Shown piece by piece: positions 37,048 through 50,302 of a DNA stretch of 64,000 nucleotides. Position 1 is the stretch's first letter. Each line of letters opens with the position of its first letter. Both the position numbers and the translations under genes were made by a program. The notes beneath the pieces were generated by a model that was given only the letters and a program-made list of their open reading frames with translations, was not told where the DNA came from and did no database searches. The stretch comes from Mobula hypostoma (lineage: Eukaryota), in contig NC_086097.1 in the NCBI RefSeq assembly GCF_963921235.1, positions 202,246,001 through 202,310,000 on the forward strand, given 5' to 3'.

Positions 37048-40000
37048 TTGTGTTTTTATGTATTGCACTGTGCTGCAGCCACAAAAAAATAACAAATTTC
37101 ATGACATACATGAGTATGATAAACCTGATTCTGATAATGTGGACTGAAAGTGGGAAGGAGACAGGGAGAGAGGAATCATGGTTGGGAAAAGGGGAAGGGA
37201 GACAGGAAGCACCAGAGAGACATAAACAAATTGTTTGTAATCAATTAACCTTGCCTGGTGTCTCAGAGCTGAATGTGAACCTCGCCATTCCAAATCTCCT
37301 TTGCTCCTGCCAGATTTATAAACTCAGTCTACAATTCACATTGACAAATACAATTCTGTGTGAAACACACAAAAATAAAGAACACAAACACAATAATAAA
37401 AATCATAGTAAAAATAAATACATAGCTTATTGATTGGTTATTGTACATACAATGACATTAGGTACAGGATTGTCTGCACCTAAGGTGATTCATGATATAT
37501 GTCAGTGATAATAAAGCTGATTCTGATTGTGAATGGTGGAGCAGGAATGTGGGTCCATTAGTTCCATTGGTGCTGGAATACTTAGCGTGTCATTCCCTTT
37601 CTGTGAGAAGGAAACATCAGAAATGGGAATCGTTTATAAGCCTCAGTTTTAAGAGGCTTATAAAACTTCAGAGGGAATTGATATCTCCGAAAGGCAAAAC
37701 CATAGTGACCGACAGGATAAGCTTTAAACAAGATTGTGGAGCAAAGAGTAGATCTTGTGAGGAAAGTGCGTGTGTGTAGGTGGCTGGAAACAGATGGGAG
37801 AGGGGACAAAATTCGATGATGGGTGGTGTGCTGGGGTGGTTAGAGAATAAAGAAAGTCGGACGACTGAAGTGGATTGGAAGAAGAGAGGACATGGGGTAT
37901 GAGTAACCTGGATTTTAAACATTCAATATTCATACCATTAGACCACCCAGGTGGAATATGAGGTGTTGGGAGCTCATATGGCCATTCCAGACTGTGAGTA
38001 GGTGCTCTGTGTACCAGTAGCATAGTTCATGCTTGGTCTTACAAATGGAGAGGAGGCCACATTGAGAGTGTAGAATGTCCTAGACAGGGTTGGAGGTGCT
38101 CAGGTATCTTTTCCTCATTTGGAAAAGCTGTTCTATTTTACGTTTCCAACCTCCACCTCCTGCTCCTGTTCCGAGAACATAACTCAGCCCTGACATCCTG
38201 CCTTCCCATTCAGTTATTAATAACCCTCTCAGCCATTGCTTTCTCTCATTCTCCCATTCCCCATCCTCTTCCTCACTACCCCAGCTCCCGAACCTCTCAC
38301 GATTCCCCCACTCCCCATGTTTGTTCACTGGAATTTTTTGAAGATTTAATAGATGTCGATAACTAGGAAATGCAATACACAGAAGCCAATTAATAGCATG
38401 TCATATAACAGTTTATGTTGTAGGAGATAGCATGAATGGATGGAAGAGTGACTGATTTTCAAGGAACAGGGAGTACACATAATGGGTCTTCTTCTGGTTT
38501 GCCAGATGTAACCAGTGTAGTGCTGAGGGACTGGCGCTATTTTGTACTCCGTTTCTAACAATTGCATATAAATAGTTTGGATGAAGGCACAGAAGATAAG
38601 ATTGATAAATTTGTTTTTAACATAAAGATAGAGAGGAAAATACGTTGTGAAGAGGTTATAAGAATAAATTCATGAAAGAAAATTGAAGTGCTGCAGTATC
38701 ACATTTTGTCATTGGGTGGTGCTGTCAAAGTACCAAGCAAGTTTCAGCCATTCTTTTTCTCCATTTGGTGTTGTAATATTTTTCCCCAACATTAACAGTC
38801 AATGGGCAATGGGAATTGTGCTGTGCTGCAACCTAATGTGGGAAGCATATTTGAGAGTGACAACTGACCAGAAAAGGAAAAAGTAAAAGAGCAACATTCA
38901 GTTGAGCCTTCATAACGTACATCTCCCTGCATCTTCATAGTTAAGTAGTTAGTTTAAAGTTCAATGCTCAAAGTTCAAGAAAAATTATTTAATTTGAGTA
39001 AAATAACATGACTACATCTGTAAGTCATTATATTCTACATGAAAGGGTAACTGAAAAGCAAAGGATTTTTTTTTTACGATTTTGATGCCATTTCTGTTCC
39101 GATGTCATGATAAAACCTTCCTCCATGTATCACAACTTTAAAAATTTTGGTTTTTTTTTCAAAAATCTTAAATTTAATGATGCTGTAATATTCTGGAAGG
39201 GCAAAATATTTCTAACTGATTGTCTGCAAAATAGTGTGCTCTACAATTTAGTTTTAACCACTGATCAAACATTGAACAGTCGTGTTACTGTGCAGCTGAT
39301 TACTTATAAAATAAACTATTTTGTGTTTCCTCCAATAGTTTCCTGCACCTTGCAAAATAGTTGGCACCGTGTAGCCTGAACTATTTATTTCTAAATGCCA
39401 GTAATACTTTCAATTGATAATAACCTTCTAAATCGATTGTAGAATTAATGAGCCTAGCATATTTGTCCTTCACTTTTTGAAATATCTATGAATTAAAAGA
39501 TGCTGCACTCCTCAAAGAGACTGTTAAATAATTGCATTGTCATGAGTGGTTCTGACTAACCATAGCACGGCCACATTGCCTGTAGAGATGCCAGGCTTAA
39601 ATAAACACGTAAACAGCCTTTCTTAATCATGCACAGTGAAGGAAAGATCTGAATTACTGTTTCAAAGTATTCTAGCAGACTGGGCAATCGGTGTTTGTGG
39701 TGGGTGGAGGTTACATCCATCCTTCACACAATGATAATTGATTGGCTATGTGGTACATTGCACAAAGGTACTGCGGGTACAAACTGTTCCCATATTGCAA
39801 TGGTTTTTAGCTGTACATGATGTAATTAAACTGCAGTGCCGTAAAACCAATGATTGCTTTAATAGAATTGGAATAGATTTATAAGAAAGATCGCTGCTTC
39901 TAATAATTCTGCACTAGATAATTCTTTTGGCCTTTAATCTCTTGAAGAACATTCAGCCTGTGCAATTTTCTTGAGAATTTACCCTTGTATTAAGCTGGCT

Positions 40001-40453
40001 GTTTAGTCAGGGCCACATCAAAGAGCATACATGAGCACTAAGCTGCCGTGGCAAGTCTAGTCAATATTCAGTGAGCTACCTGTGCTAGGGACACTGTGGG
40101 GGTAGGGTCTGCTCATTCAAATGGTTGTTTGTGGATTTCTCCATTCTTGGCTTGTATGAATGAGGGAACTCTAAAATGGCACTTTAGCTCACAAACAGTT
40201 GAATGTTTCAATGTTCTATTCACAATATAAATCTATTCACAAATCTTGTGATAATGATGCACCCATAGCTCACAGTGGATGCTGTCCAACATCCAATCTT
40301 GGGCTGACAATTGGCACATCACTTCTGTCCCAGATAATGACCATCCCCAACAAACCCTGAGTCTTTGGATCACAATATGATTTCTGATGATAACTCTGCA
40401 AATCTTAGATGGCTGAAAGTTTTGTCAATGACAGTAAGAGGAAGGGCTGTATA

Positions 40454-40968
40454 TAGGGTTGCAAACTGTCCCGTATTTGCCGGGACGTCCCGTATATTGG
40501 GATAAATTGGTTTGTCCCATATGGGACTGCCCTTGTCCCATATTTCCCCTGCTAAGGTAGAGTGTTCCTATGAAACCATTCATGCCAAAATGGCGTGAAG
40601 CGAAGAAGCAATTACCATTAATTTATATGGGAAAAATTTTGAGCGTTCCCAGACCAAAAAAATAACCTACCAAATCATACCAAGTAACACATAAAACCTA
40701 AAATAACACTAACATATAGTAAAAGCAGGAATGATATGATAAATACACAGCTTATATAAAGTAGAAATAATGTGTGTACAGTATAGTCGGGAAGATTAAG
40801 TCAAAACCGATTTGTGGGGAAAAAAGTCGGCACGTACACGCATGCGCGCGTCAGGTGTCCGCACAAGGCTTCATGGTCATGCTAGACTTTCTCGGGGTAA
40901 ACACAAGTGTCCCGTATTTGACTGCTACTTTTGTCCCTTATTTGGGAGTGAGAAAGTTGGCAACCCTA
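40454..40968. mobile_element. Non-autonomous hAT element (Blackjack-like TIRs)
   Basis: TIRs tagggttgcaaact / agttggcaacccta; 8-bp flanks gctgtata / gctgtttg; subterminal gtccc repeats. Confidence 0.85.
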
Positions 40969-41726
40969 GCTGTTTGGAAACTAGAAGCTGAAACACAAGT
41001 AATGAGCGTGAAGCTAGACTAGATTACGAAACTGTGAAATCAGAGAAGTGAGAGGGGAAGAAGTCATGAAACTTCAGTACAAGTGGTTTCAATCAAAAGA
41101 TGTGAAATCTCCTCTCTTTTGATAATGCAAAAGAAGAGGTTGAGACAAAGTAATTTGAAGAGGCAGTTACTTGGGGAAAAGAGAAATCTAGAGTTGCTCT
41201 TAGCTGCATATATGATTATTGTGAAAGAGAGTTGAGGGAAGCAAAGCAAGTTATCCATAAGAGAAAAAAAATAAATATGCAGATTGGTAGAAGTGCTTAG
41301 GACCTGCTCATCCTGGAGACCAATGGATGTTTCCATGAGTCTGTAAAAGACAGCCTCTTGGAAAAGAAAGTACTTAAAGAAACACAAGAAGGTTGAAAAG
41401 AGCAAAGACTTCACAGAGACTTGCATCTGCCCTTATCCCACCCTTCCGCTGCCACACCAGGGAAAGGATTCCTCTTGTCCTCATCTACCACCCAACTAGT
41501 CTCTGCGTCCAGAACATAATTCTCCATAACTTCCACCATCACCAATACGATTCCACCCCCCCCCCCACCGCACAATGTCTGCTCTCTGCTTGGATTGCTC
41601 CCAATGCAACTCCCTTTCACCATTCCCCATTCTGTTTTCCTCTTTCACATTATTTCCTTACCTGCCCATCACCTCCCTCTGGTGTCTTTCCCTTTCCCTT
41701 TCTTCCATGGTCTTCTATCCTCTCCT

Positions 41727-42967
41727 TGTCATGGTCCGGATCGGGGTCTCTTTAAATTTACTTTGTTTATGTTACGATCCGGACCATTGACTCCCTTTTT
41801 CCCTTTGGTTCCATGTTTTCCCGTGTCCCTTGGCCTTGGTAATTAGAGGCAATTTACTCTCGGCTGGACCGGTAGTTTATAGTCTCCGGCTTTCAGCTGT
41901 TCAGCGCAGGAGCGTCTGCAAAGTCACCAAAGGTACGGCGTGCCAATGTCATCTGGCCGGAGCAAGCCTAGTCTCCGCCTGAAGCGAGTGCTGGTAATTC
42001 GCCTTTCCTCACCGGAGCAACCCTGTCAAGTTACCTCGCCAAAGCGAGCCTGCAAAGTTTCCCCACTGAGGTGGGTCCGTCAGTTAACCCGCCAGAGGGA
42101 ATCAAGAACCACTGTCTACTGTTCCCGGGCCGTGTCGAGAGCTCGCCACTACCCGAAGGCTCCAAGTCAAGTCCCACCTCCGGGGGCATTCAAGTACCAA
42201 GTCAAGTCCTGGCCCTGGCGGCATCCAAGTTCCGAGTCGAGTCCCGGCCCTGGCGGCATCCAAGTTCCGAGTCAAGTCCCAGTCCTGGCAGCTTCCAAGT
42301 TCCGAGTCCAGTCCTGGCCCTGGCGGTCTGTGATTCCTGTCCTACTCCCCTGTCTGAATCCCTTCTCTGCCCCTCTTGCCTCTAGCCCTCATCTGCAGCC
42401 CTCACCTGCACTTCAGTCTAGTTCTATCGCCGGAGCTAGATAGGTACTGTCTGGTGTTCTTTCGTGTTGGTCTTGTCTTGTCCTCGCCTCCGTGGGGTAA
42501 GTCAGGCCATCTTGCCATTGCCCCGCAAGGGGTCATGTCTTGTCTTGTCCTCGCCTCCGTGGGGTAAGTCTGGCCGTCTTGCTGTTGCCCTGCGGGGGGG
42601 TCATGTCTTGTCTTGTCTGGTCCTCGCCTCAGTGGGGTAAGTCTGGCTGTCTTGCTGTTGCCCCACAGGGGGTCATGTCTCGTCTTGTCTTGTCCTCGCC
42701 TCCGTGGGGTAAGTCAGGCCGTCTTGCCGTTGCCCTGCGGGGGGTCATGAGTCCCAGCCCCATGTTCTGTACCCAAGGAGGGGTCCCGGCTCTCTGTTCT
42801 GTGTGTGGGTCCCAGCCTAGTCATGGTCTTGAGTCCTTGTCCAGTTCGCTATTCCCGCTCCTGCCTTGCTCTCTTGGTATCGAACAATAAACTAAATTGA
42901 ATTAACCTCACAAGATGTGTCTTGCATTTGGGTCCACCCTTGCTCCCAGTGCCCCACCATTGTGACA
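41727..42967 (+). mobile_element. Solo LTR (about 1.24 kb) with internal tandem arrays
   Basis: TGTCA...TGACA termini; 5-bp TSD ctcct (41722-41726, 42968-42972); AATAAA near 42886. Confidence 0.9.
42470..42750 (+). repeat. Four copies of a 65-70 bp tandem unit inside the LTR; a second about 36-bp array lies at about 42165-42330
   Basis: tcttgtcctcgcctccgtggggtaagtc.ggcc.tcttgc.gttgccc..gggggtcatg repeated. Confidence 0.9.
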
Positions 42968-44419
42968 CTCCTATTAGATTCCCTCTTCTCCAGCCCTTTA
43001 TCTCTTTCTTCGATCAACTTCCCAGTTCTTTACTGCACACTCTCCCCCTTTCCCGGTTTCTCAGTTGCCACCTTATATTACTTCCTGCCCTCTCCCCATC
43101 TTCTTTTTCTGACTTTTCCCCTTCCTTTGCAGCCCTGATAAAGGGTGTTGACCCGAAACGTCGACTGTTTACTCTTTTCCATAGATGCTGCCTGGCCTGC
43201 TGAGTTCCTCTAGCACTTTCTGTGTGTTGAAATGAGCAGGATTGTGTTAATGTGGAAAGGAGGTTGTCATTGCATTTTGAGGTAAGAGTGTATAGGTGGA
43301 TGATGTGATTGGGGGAGGAGAATGTGTACGATTAGGAACTTAAAGTGAGCAAAAGTTGATTTACGGATGATCAAGGATGAATGCTGAGTCCATACCAATC
43401 ACTTGAAAATTTATTGTAGGAGGATAATGGAGCCAGTATGAAGGAAAAGACTGAAAACTTGAAATCTAAAACAATGTAAGTGCTTGATTTTGAAGTTATG
43501 TGTATACAGTTTTGTGATTAATGCAATGATAGTTGATGATTATTGACCAGTGCCCTGAAGAGTCAAGAGGCAGAAGTATCCAACACCACCAGCAATTCCT
43601 TCTGAAGGTTAGTGAAGCTCAATTTGGATGAATTTCTTAGAATTTTTCTGTCTGCTTCATTTCATTTCTAAAGGCCTGAGCAGCAGGCTCATTGAAAGTC
43701 TTTCCTCTTTGTTTTCTGTTTCCTTACAGTAGATATTTTTGAGGCACTCTGTTTACAACTGCAAATCCTGCAATATAATTTTCTTCTTCATGCTCCTTTG
43801 AGCATTTTAAAGGCCCTTTAGCAAAGGGATGATGGATTTATCCCCATGCCTTCCTAAGTACTTTCAGTTCTAGCACAATGCTCTAACATTAATGGAAATT
43901 CACATTCTGATGCTCCAGTGGCTTTCCAGAACAACTAATCTTGTATATGATGCCTTCTTTGCAATAATGGTGGAAGTTCGCATTAGGGGTATGACAGAAG
44001 GAAAAATAGTCTGCAGATTATTAGCTCAAGCTCCTAAAGTTTCTGGAGCTTTTTCTCTATCTTTTTGTTCCTGTCTGTCTAATACTTTCCATACATTGTT
44101 AACATTTTCAGATCTCACTGATTCTGCACACACAGTCTTGTGTGGTCCCACAACGGAAACATTTCTTGTCGCATTGATACCTCTGCTCCTACCACCCTTT
44201 CTCCTCACTTTATGAGAGTTCATCAGATGAAGCAAGTTTATCTTATAAAAGCTCTCATCTGACTAGCAGAACTTAACTTTGGATTGCTGTCACTTCCTGC
44301 TATTAAAAAGGTGTAGCCATGTGCACGCACACGGATCACAGCCAGGCCTGTCATTTCACTGGTGATGTGGAGCAGTTTATGTTCCAAACCTGTTCCTCAA
44401 CTCTTGCTCTGCAATATCA

Positions 44420-44960
44420 ATGACAATTTTGGTTCTATCTCCCCCACGTGGAATTAATCATATTTATCATCTTTGGTATGATATTTCCCTCCTCACCCTT
44501 GCTGCTTTCTGCAGTGACCACTCTCACTGTGCCTCCCTGGTTTGCTCATCAATAACCACTTACCCAGCCCTCCATTCTCTGGCACTTACTCCTGAGGTGC
44601 CTCCTCTCTCGCCACCATTGAAAAACTAAATAGTTTTTTTTAGGGGAGGCAGAGATTCACATGCACCTCCTCCAACCCTATCAACTGCAGTTGATGCTTT
44701 CAATATGCTCTCCTCTACATCGGCAACCTTGGTATAGACTGGGCAACTATTTACCCTAAAACTGCCCTTAATCCTTCTTGAGATCCTGGTTGCATGCCAT
44801 TTAAACTCCCGTTCCCATTCACTCATCGGCTTGTCTAAACTCAGCCTTTTGCATATTGAGGTCAAACGCAAGATCGAAGAGCAACACCACATATCCTGCC
44901 TGAGTAGTCTGCAACCCAATGGAATGAACATTGAATGTACCAATTTCAGGAAACTCCCCA
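44420..44960 (+). mobile_element. Old PLE GIY-YIG fragment
   Basis: KIEEQHHISCLSSLQPNGMNIECTNFR. Confidence 0.7.
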
Positions 44961-45136
44961 GGCTCCTTTATACTCCTCCCAATTTACCCAGATTCTCCCA
45001 ACCACCCATCCACCCACCCCTTGACCCCTGGAACCTCCTGTCACCCATTTACATTCTCCTCTCCCCCACATCTGCCGATCACCTACTGAATCTCCTATTG
45101 CCCATTAACTCTCCCTTAGCTGATTCGACTTTTCAC

Positions 45137-47710
45137 ATAGAAACATCGAAAACCTACTGCACAATACAGGCCCTTCAGCCCACAATGCTGTGCCAAACAT
45201 GTCCCTACCTTAGAACTACATAGGCTTTACCCATAGCCCTCTATTTTTCTAAGCTCTATGCACCCATCCAGGATTCTCTTAAAAGACCCTATCGTTTCCG
45301 CCTCCACCACCGTCGCCAGCAGCCCATTCCACGCACTCACCACTCTGCGTAAAAAAACTTACCCCTGACATCTCCTCTGTACCAGCTTCCAAGCACCTTA
45401 AAACTGTGCCCTCTCATGTTAGCCATTTCAGCCCTGGTAAAAAGCCTCTGACTATCCACATGATCAATGCCTCTCATCATCTTATACACCTGTATCAAGT
45501 CACTTCTCATCCTCCGTCGCTCCAAAGAGAAAAATGCCGAGTTCTCTCAACCTATTCTAATAAGGCATGCTCCCCAATCCAGGGAAGATCCTTGTAAATC
45601 TCCTCTGCACCCTTTCTATAGCCTCCACATCCTTCCTGTCATCAAGTCAGAAAGCCTCTGTAGAGGAAGAAAATAACTAATGTCAAACAAGAGACCATCT
45701 GCAGACGCTGAAAGTTCAATTTAAATCCAAATTAATCTCTAATAACACACACAAAATGCCCCCTCATTATCTTGTACACCTCTATCAGATCACCTCTCAT
45801 TCTCTGTCGCTCCAAGGAGAAAAGGCCGAGCTCACTCAACCTATTATCATAAGGCATGCAGCTCAATCCAGACAACATCCTTGAAAATCTTCTCTGCACC
45901 CTTTCTATGGTTTCCACATCCTTCCTGTAGGGAGGTGACCAGAACTGGGTACAGTACTCCAAGTGGGGTCTGACCAGGGTCCTACATAGCTGCAATATTA
46001 CCTCTCGGCTCTTGAACTCAATCCCACGGTGGATGAAAGCCAATGCACAGTATGCCTTCTTAACCACAGAGCCAACCTGCACAGCAGCTTTGAGTGTCCT
46101 AGGGACTCGGATCCCAAGATCCCTCTGATCTTCCACACTGCCAAGAGTCTTACCATTAATACTATCTTCTGCCATCATATTTGACCTACCAAAATGAACC
46201 ACTTCACACTTACCTGGGTTGAACTCCAAGTGCCACTTCCCAGCCCAGCTTTGCATCCTATTGATGTCTTGCCGTAACCTCTGACAGCCCTCTACACTAT
46301 CCACAACACCCCCAACAATTGTGTCATCAGAAAATTTACTAATCCATCCCCCACTTCCTCATCCAGGTTATTATAAAAATCACAAAGAGAAGGGGTCCCA
46401 GAACAGATCCCTAAGGCACACCACTGGTCACCGACCTCCATGCAGAATATGACCTGTCTACAACCTCTCTTTGCCTTCAGTGGGCAAGCCAGTTCTGGAT
46501 CTACAAAGCAATGTCCCCTTGGATCCCATGCCTCCTTACTTTCTCAATAAGCCTGGCATGGGGTACCTTATCAAATGCCTTGCTGAAATCCATATGCACT
46601 ACATCTAACAACACACATCAAAGTTGCTGGTGAACGCAGCAGGCCAAGCAGCATCTATAGGAAGAGGCGCAGTCGACGTTTCAGGCCGAGACCCTTCGTC
46701 AGGACTAACGTTAGTCCTGACGAAGGGTCTCGGCCTGAAACGTCAACTGCGCCTCTTCCTATAGATGCTGCTTGGCCTGCTGCGTTCACCAGCAACTTTG
46801 ATGTGTGTTGCTTGAATTTCCAGCATCTGCAGAATTCCTGTTGTTTGCACTACATCTACTACTCTACCTTTATCAATGTGTTTAGTCACATCCTCAAAAA
46901 GTTCAGTCAGGCTCATAAGGCACGACCTGCCATTCACAAAGCCATGCTGACTATTCCTAATCATATTATGCCACACCAAACCTTCATAAATCCTGCCTGT
47001 CAGGATCTTCTCCATCAGCTTACCAACCACCTAGGTTAGACTACCTGGCATATAATTTCCTGGGCTTTCTTGAATAGGGGAACAACATCTGCAACCCTCC
47101 AATCCTCCAGAGCCTCTCCCGTCCCTATTGATGATGCAAAGATCATCGCCAGAGGCTCAGCAATCTTCTCCCTCCCCTCCCACTGTAGCCTGGGGTACAT
47201 CTTATCCGGTCCCGGTGACTTATCCAACTTGATGCTTTTCAAAAGCTCCAGTAATCCTCTTTCTTAATGTCTATATGTTCTATATGCTAACAGTTATCCC
47301 TACAATCGTCAAGATCCTTTCCCATAGTGAATACTGAAGCAAAGTATTCATTAAGTACCTCTGCTATTTCCTTTGGTTCCATACACACTTTTCCACTGTC
47401 ACACTTGATTGGTCCTACTCTCTCACATCTTATCCTCTTGCTCTTCACATACTTGTGGAATGTCTTGGGGTTTTTCCGAATTCTGCACACCAAGGCCTTA
47501 TCATGGCCCCTTCTGGCTCTCCTAATTTCATTCTTAAGCTCCTTCCTGCTAGCCTTATAATCTTCTAGATCTCTATCATTACCTAGTTTTTTGAACTTTT
47601 CATAAGCTTTTCTTTCTTGACGAGATTTTCAACAGCCTTTGTACACCACGGTTCCTGTACCCTGCCATCCTTTCCCTGTCTCTTTGGAACATACCAATGC
47701 AGAATGCCAC
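45137..47710 (-). mobile_element. CR1 LINE fragments (45137-45640; 45757-47710, split by a PLE palindrome)
   Basis: LVRPHLEYCTQFW, NSQHGF, KSPGPD, AEVLNEYFASVF. Confidence 0.9.
46608..46845. mobile_element. Palindromic PLE terminal-repeat insertion with 13-bp TSD; hammerheads at 46670-46707 (-) and 46712-46749 (+)
   Basis: TSD tgcactacatcta at 46595-46607 and 46846-46858; arms 46609-46709 and 46710-46810. Confidence 0.92.
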
Positions 47711-47879
47711 GCAAATATCCTTACTTACCAGATTCCAGCCGAAGGATTTCGGCCCAAAACGTCAACTGTGCTCTTTTCCTAGATGCTGTCTGGCCTGCTG
47801 AGTTCCTCCAGCATTTTATGTGTGTGGCTCGGATTTCCAGCATCTGCAGATTTTCTCTTGTTTGAGATTCCAGTTTTTC

Positions 47880-48660
47880 AATAGGATCCAATGCGTACTA
47901 TGTCAGAGAAATATATCCAATATACATCCTGAAATTGTTTTTCTTCATAAACATCCACGAAAACAGAAGAGTGCCCCAAAGAATGAATGACAGTTAAATG
48001 TAGCCCCTCCCAGCTCCCCCCTCCCACTAACAAGCAGCAGCAAGGCAACGACCACCCCTCCCCCACCAGCATAAAGGCATTGGTGCCCCCCACAAAGCAC
48101 TCAAGCGTGCAGCAAAGCATCAGTAAAGGCACAGACCTGCAGTACCCCAAGGACTACTCGTCCACCTGGTATCTGTCATACCACAGGCTCTCTCTCTCTC
48201 CCTAGTAAGGGAAAAAGAGGTGTCCCTGTTTAACAGCAAGAGGGTGACATAACAAAGTAACTCACTGATTTTATGGTGTTAAAAGTATGTTGTGTGCTTT
48301 TTCCCAGCTCTGTTCCTCTGGGCACGCAGCCAGCAGCAAGCCCGCTGTTTCCCATCTTCCTTGTTCTCCCATAATGCATCAGTTATCGGCAGTGGCAGCA
48401 CCTGCCTTGAATCAGCCCACTGCCAGAGCCACGAAAAATCCAGCACCCTGAAAGCACACTAGTCTTCTAGTCTGCGTCCTTGGGATATCAAAATGCGGCT
48501 GGTCGTGAGGCCTTGACAGCGGGTCCCATTCCCGCAAAGAACCGAAGTCAGAGTGTAATTCCAGGTGAGGGTCTTCAAATGAACCTTGAAAGGGTAAAAA
48601 AGAGATAGCAAAGATAGAAATAAAGCTTTTTCAGCCTTTCGTAACACCACATCATTTTCC
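47880..48660 (-). mobile_element. Probable non-coding SINE-like retroposon
   Basis: 3' region resembles that of the 598-7010 element (tttcgtgg.tgt.t.tg..gaaa). Confidence 0.4.
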
Positions 48661-49329
48661 ATTCCCTGTCTCCACCTCTACCTTCTCCTATGCCCCCCAC
48701 ACCATCTAACTCCATCATCCTCCACCTCACCTTGTTCTGCCAGCCCCTGCCTCACTTCTCCTCTCACCTCTTTATGCTGGCTGTCTCCCTCTGCCTGCTC
48801 CTGAATTATCAACTATCCCTCTGTTTCCGTAGATGCTGCCTGACTCACTGAGTTTCTCTAGCATTTTGTATTTTGCTTTGTCAACTTGTATAAAATCTAA
48901 ATCATCAAAATGAAACTTACAAAGAATTAGTCAAATTCTGCCCAAAGGTTGGTATGTGTGAGACCAGGGTGAGGAAAGAGAACTTAAACGAAAATCCTCC
49001 AGATCCCTTTACCACAGTTGAGCTGATTAAGTTGCCACAGGAAAATTAGTAATGAAGAAAGAATAAAGGTGAATGTCAATTTACAGCAGGATTTAAATTT
49101 TGATCTTTTGTGCAAAAAGTGCTTTTTTGGTTCTGATGCCTGCTGGATCAAGTTGCATAATTGAATAAAAAGAGGAACTTGTATAGCAGTCCCGGGCTAC
49201 TACTACAGTTTATTTGTGACTGGCGCCAGTTATTGTACAATCAATGCCACATCCCTGTCAATCCTCATTTTCATTCTTGAATTTAGATGTCTTTGGCTTT
49301 ATCTATCTATCTGGTATACTTGTCCACCT

Positions 49330-49600
49330 TTATTTATTTATTTAGTTAGTTAGTTAGATAGATACAGTGCAGAATAGGCCCCTGATTTAACACGAGCCTA
49401 TTCACAGAACAATCTACAATGGCCGGTTAACCTACTGACATGCCTTTGGACTGTGGGAGGAATCCGGAGCATCCGGAGAAAACCCACGTTCCCCAAGGAG
49501 GACGTACAAACTCCTTACAGATGACATTGGAATTGGGCTCCGAACTCCGAAGCCCCAAGCTGTACTAGTATCGCACTAACCACTATGCTACTGTGGCATG
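49330..49600 (-). mobile_element. tRNA-derived V-SINE-like SINE
   Basis: A-box-like tagcatagtggtt; core gtgggttttctccggatgctccggattcctcccacagtccaaag; (TAAA/TAAC)n tail. Confidence 0.75.
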
Positions 49601-50302
49601 TAGTGTGTAAGACAAAACCGAAGCAGATAAATAGTTTGATTTCTATTCCTAGCTTATGGCCAGTATAAGGTAGAATGAGACTGCAGATGACAGGTTATAA
49701 ATTTAATATTTATGCAGCTGTTCTTTCCTGAATGGATGTGGAAATATAACAATATTTTTGCTGATAATTCTAAAAATATGATAACCTCAGTTGAAGTTTG
49801 TGTCATTTAATTTTATTTAAGATTGATGTAGCTATTAGACTATGAGCAGTGCTGTGTTTGACAGTGTGCAATCTGTATCTTCATACAAGATTCTGCACAT
49901 TGGTGAATCTTTATACTTCATAAATTAAAGACTTCTTAAATCTTTTTTTAGTGCTGGGGTTCCTGAGAGTCTAAGATAGCTGGAAAGAAGGTTGAGGGAT
50001 TGAATTTAATTTTTTATGAAAAATCTTGTATTTCATTTTAAAATGATATTCGAGGGAATAAATTTCAAGAGAGGTAGGTAATAGAGTATCACAGAAAGTG
50101 AGATAGTGCAAGCAAACTAGATAGAGCTATGTGAAACCATCTTACAGTAGATTACAATGAATAGCAATACTTAGTCATGAAAGGCAAAACATTGAAGTAA
50201 TTTATCTGAAGAATTTCTGAAGAGGTACTCTGGAATAAGCTTTCATTTCACTTGTAGTTGATCAGAAGCGTGTACAGCATCAGATGGTGTCATGTGCTAC
50301 AG

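Larger units (their letters stand above)
35301..37679. repeat. 124-bp inverted repeat pair (35301-35424 / 37556-37679)
   Basis: Five mismatches by manual comparison, all transitions. Confidence 0.92.
41410..43230 (+). mobile_element. Degenerate PLE fragment, split by a solo LTR; hammerhead core mutated (CTGATAA) near 43136
   Basis: RIPLVLIYHPTSLCVQNIIL; 3' repeat gaaacgtcgactg..gatgctgcctggcctgctgag. Confidence 0.8.

Noticed and set aside
35301..37679. Inverted repeats as TIRs of a 2.4-kb DNA transposon
   Set aside because: No TSD or transposase, and the interior is a mosaic of old unrelated repeats
42165..42750. Tandem repeats as a CRISPR array
   Set aside because: Units are contiguous with no unique spacers, lie inside a TG..CA LTR with a TSD, and no cas genes are present in this eukaryotic DNA
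41940..42890. GC-rich ORFs of 100-167 aa
   Set aside because: Open frames arise from tandem repeats in the solo LTR; no recognisable domains
43131..43167. Active hammerhead ribozyme
   Set aside because: Core G8 is mutated (CTGATAA) and stem I is disrupted; the copies near 10025, 47745 and 52580 are similarly decayed
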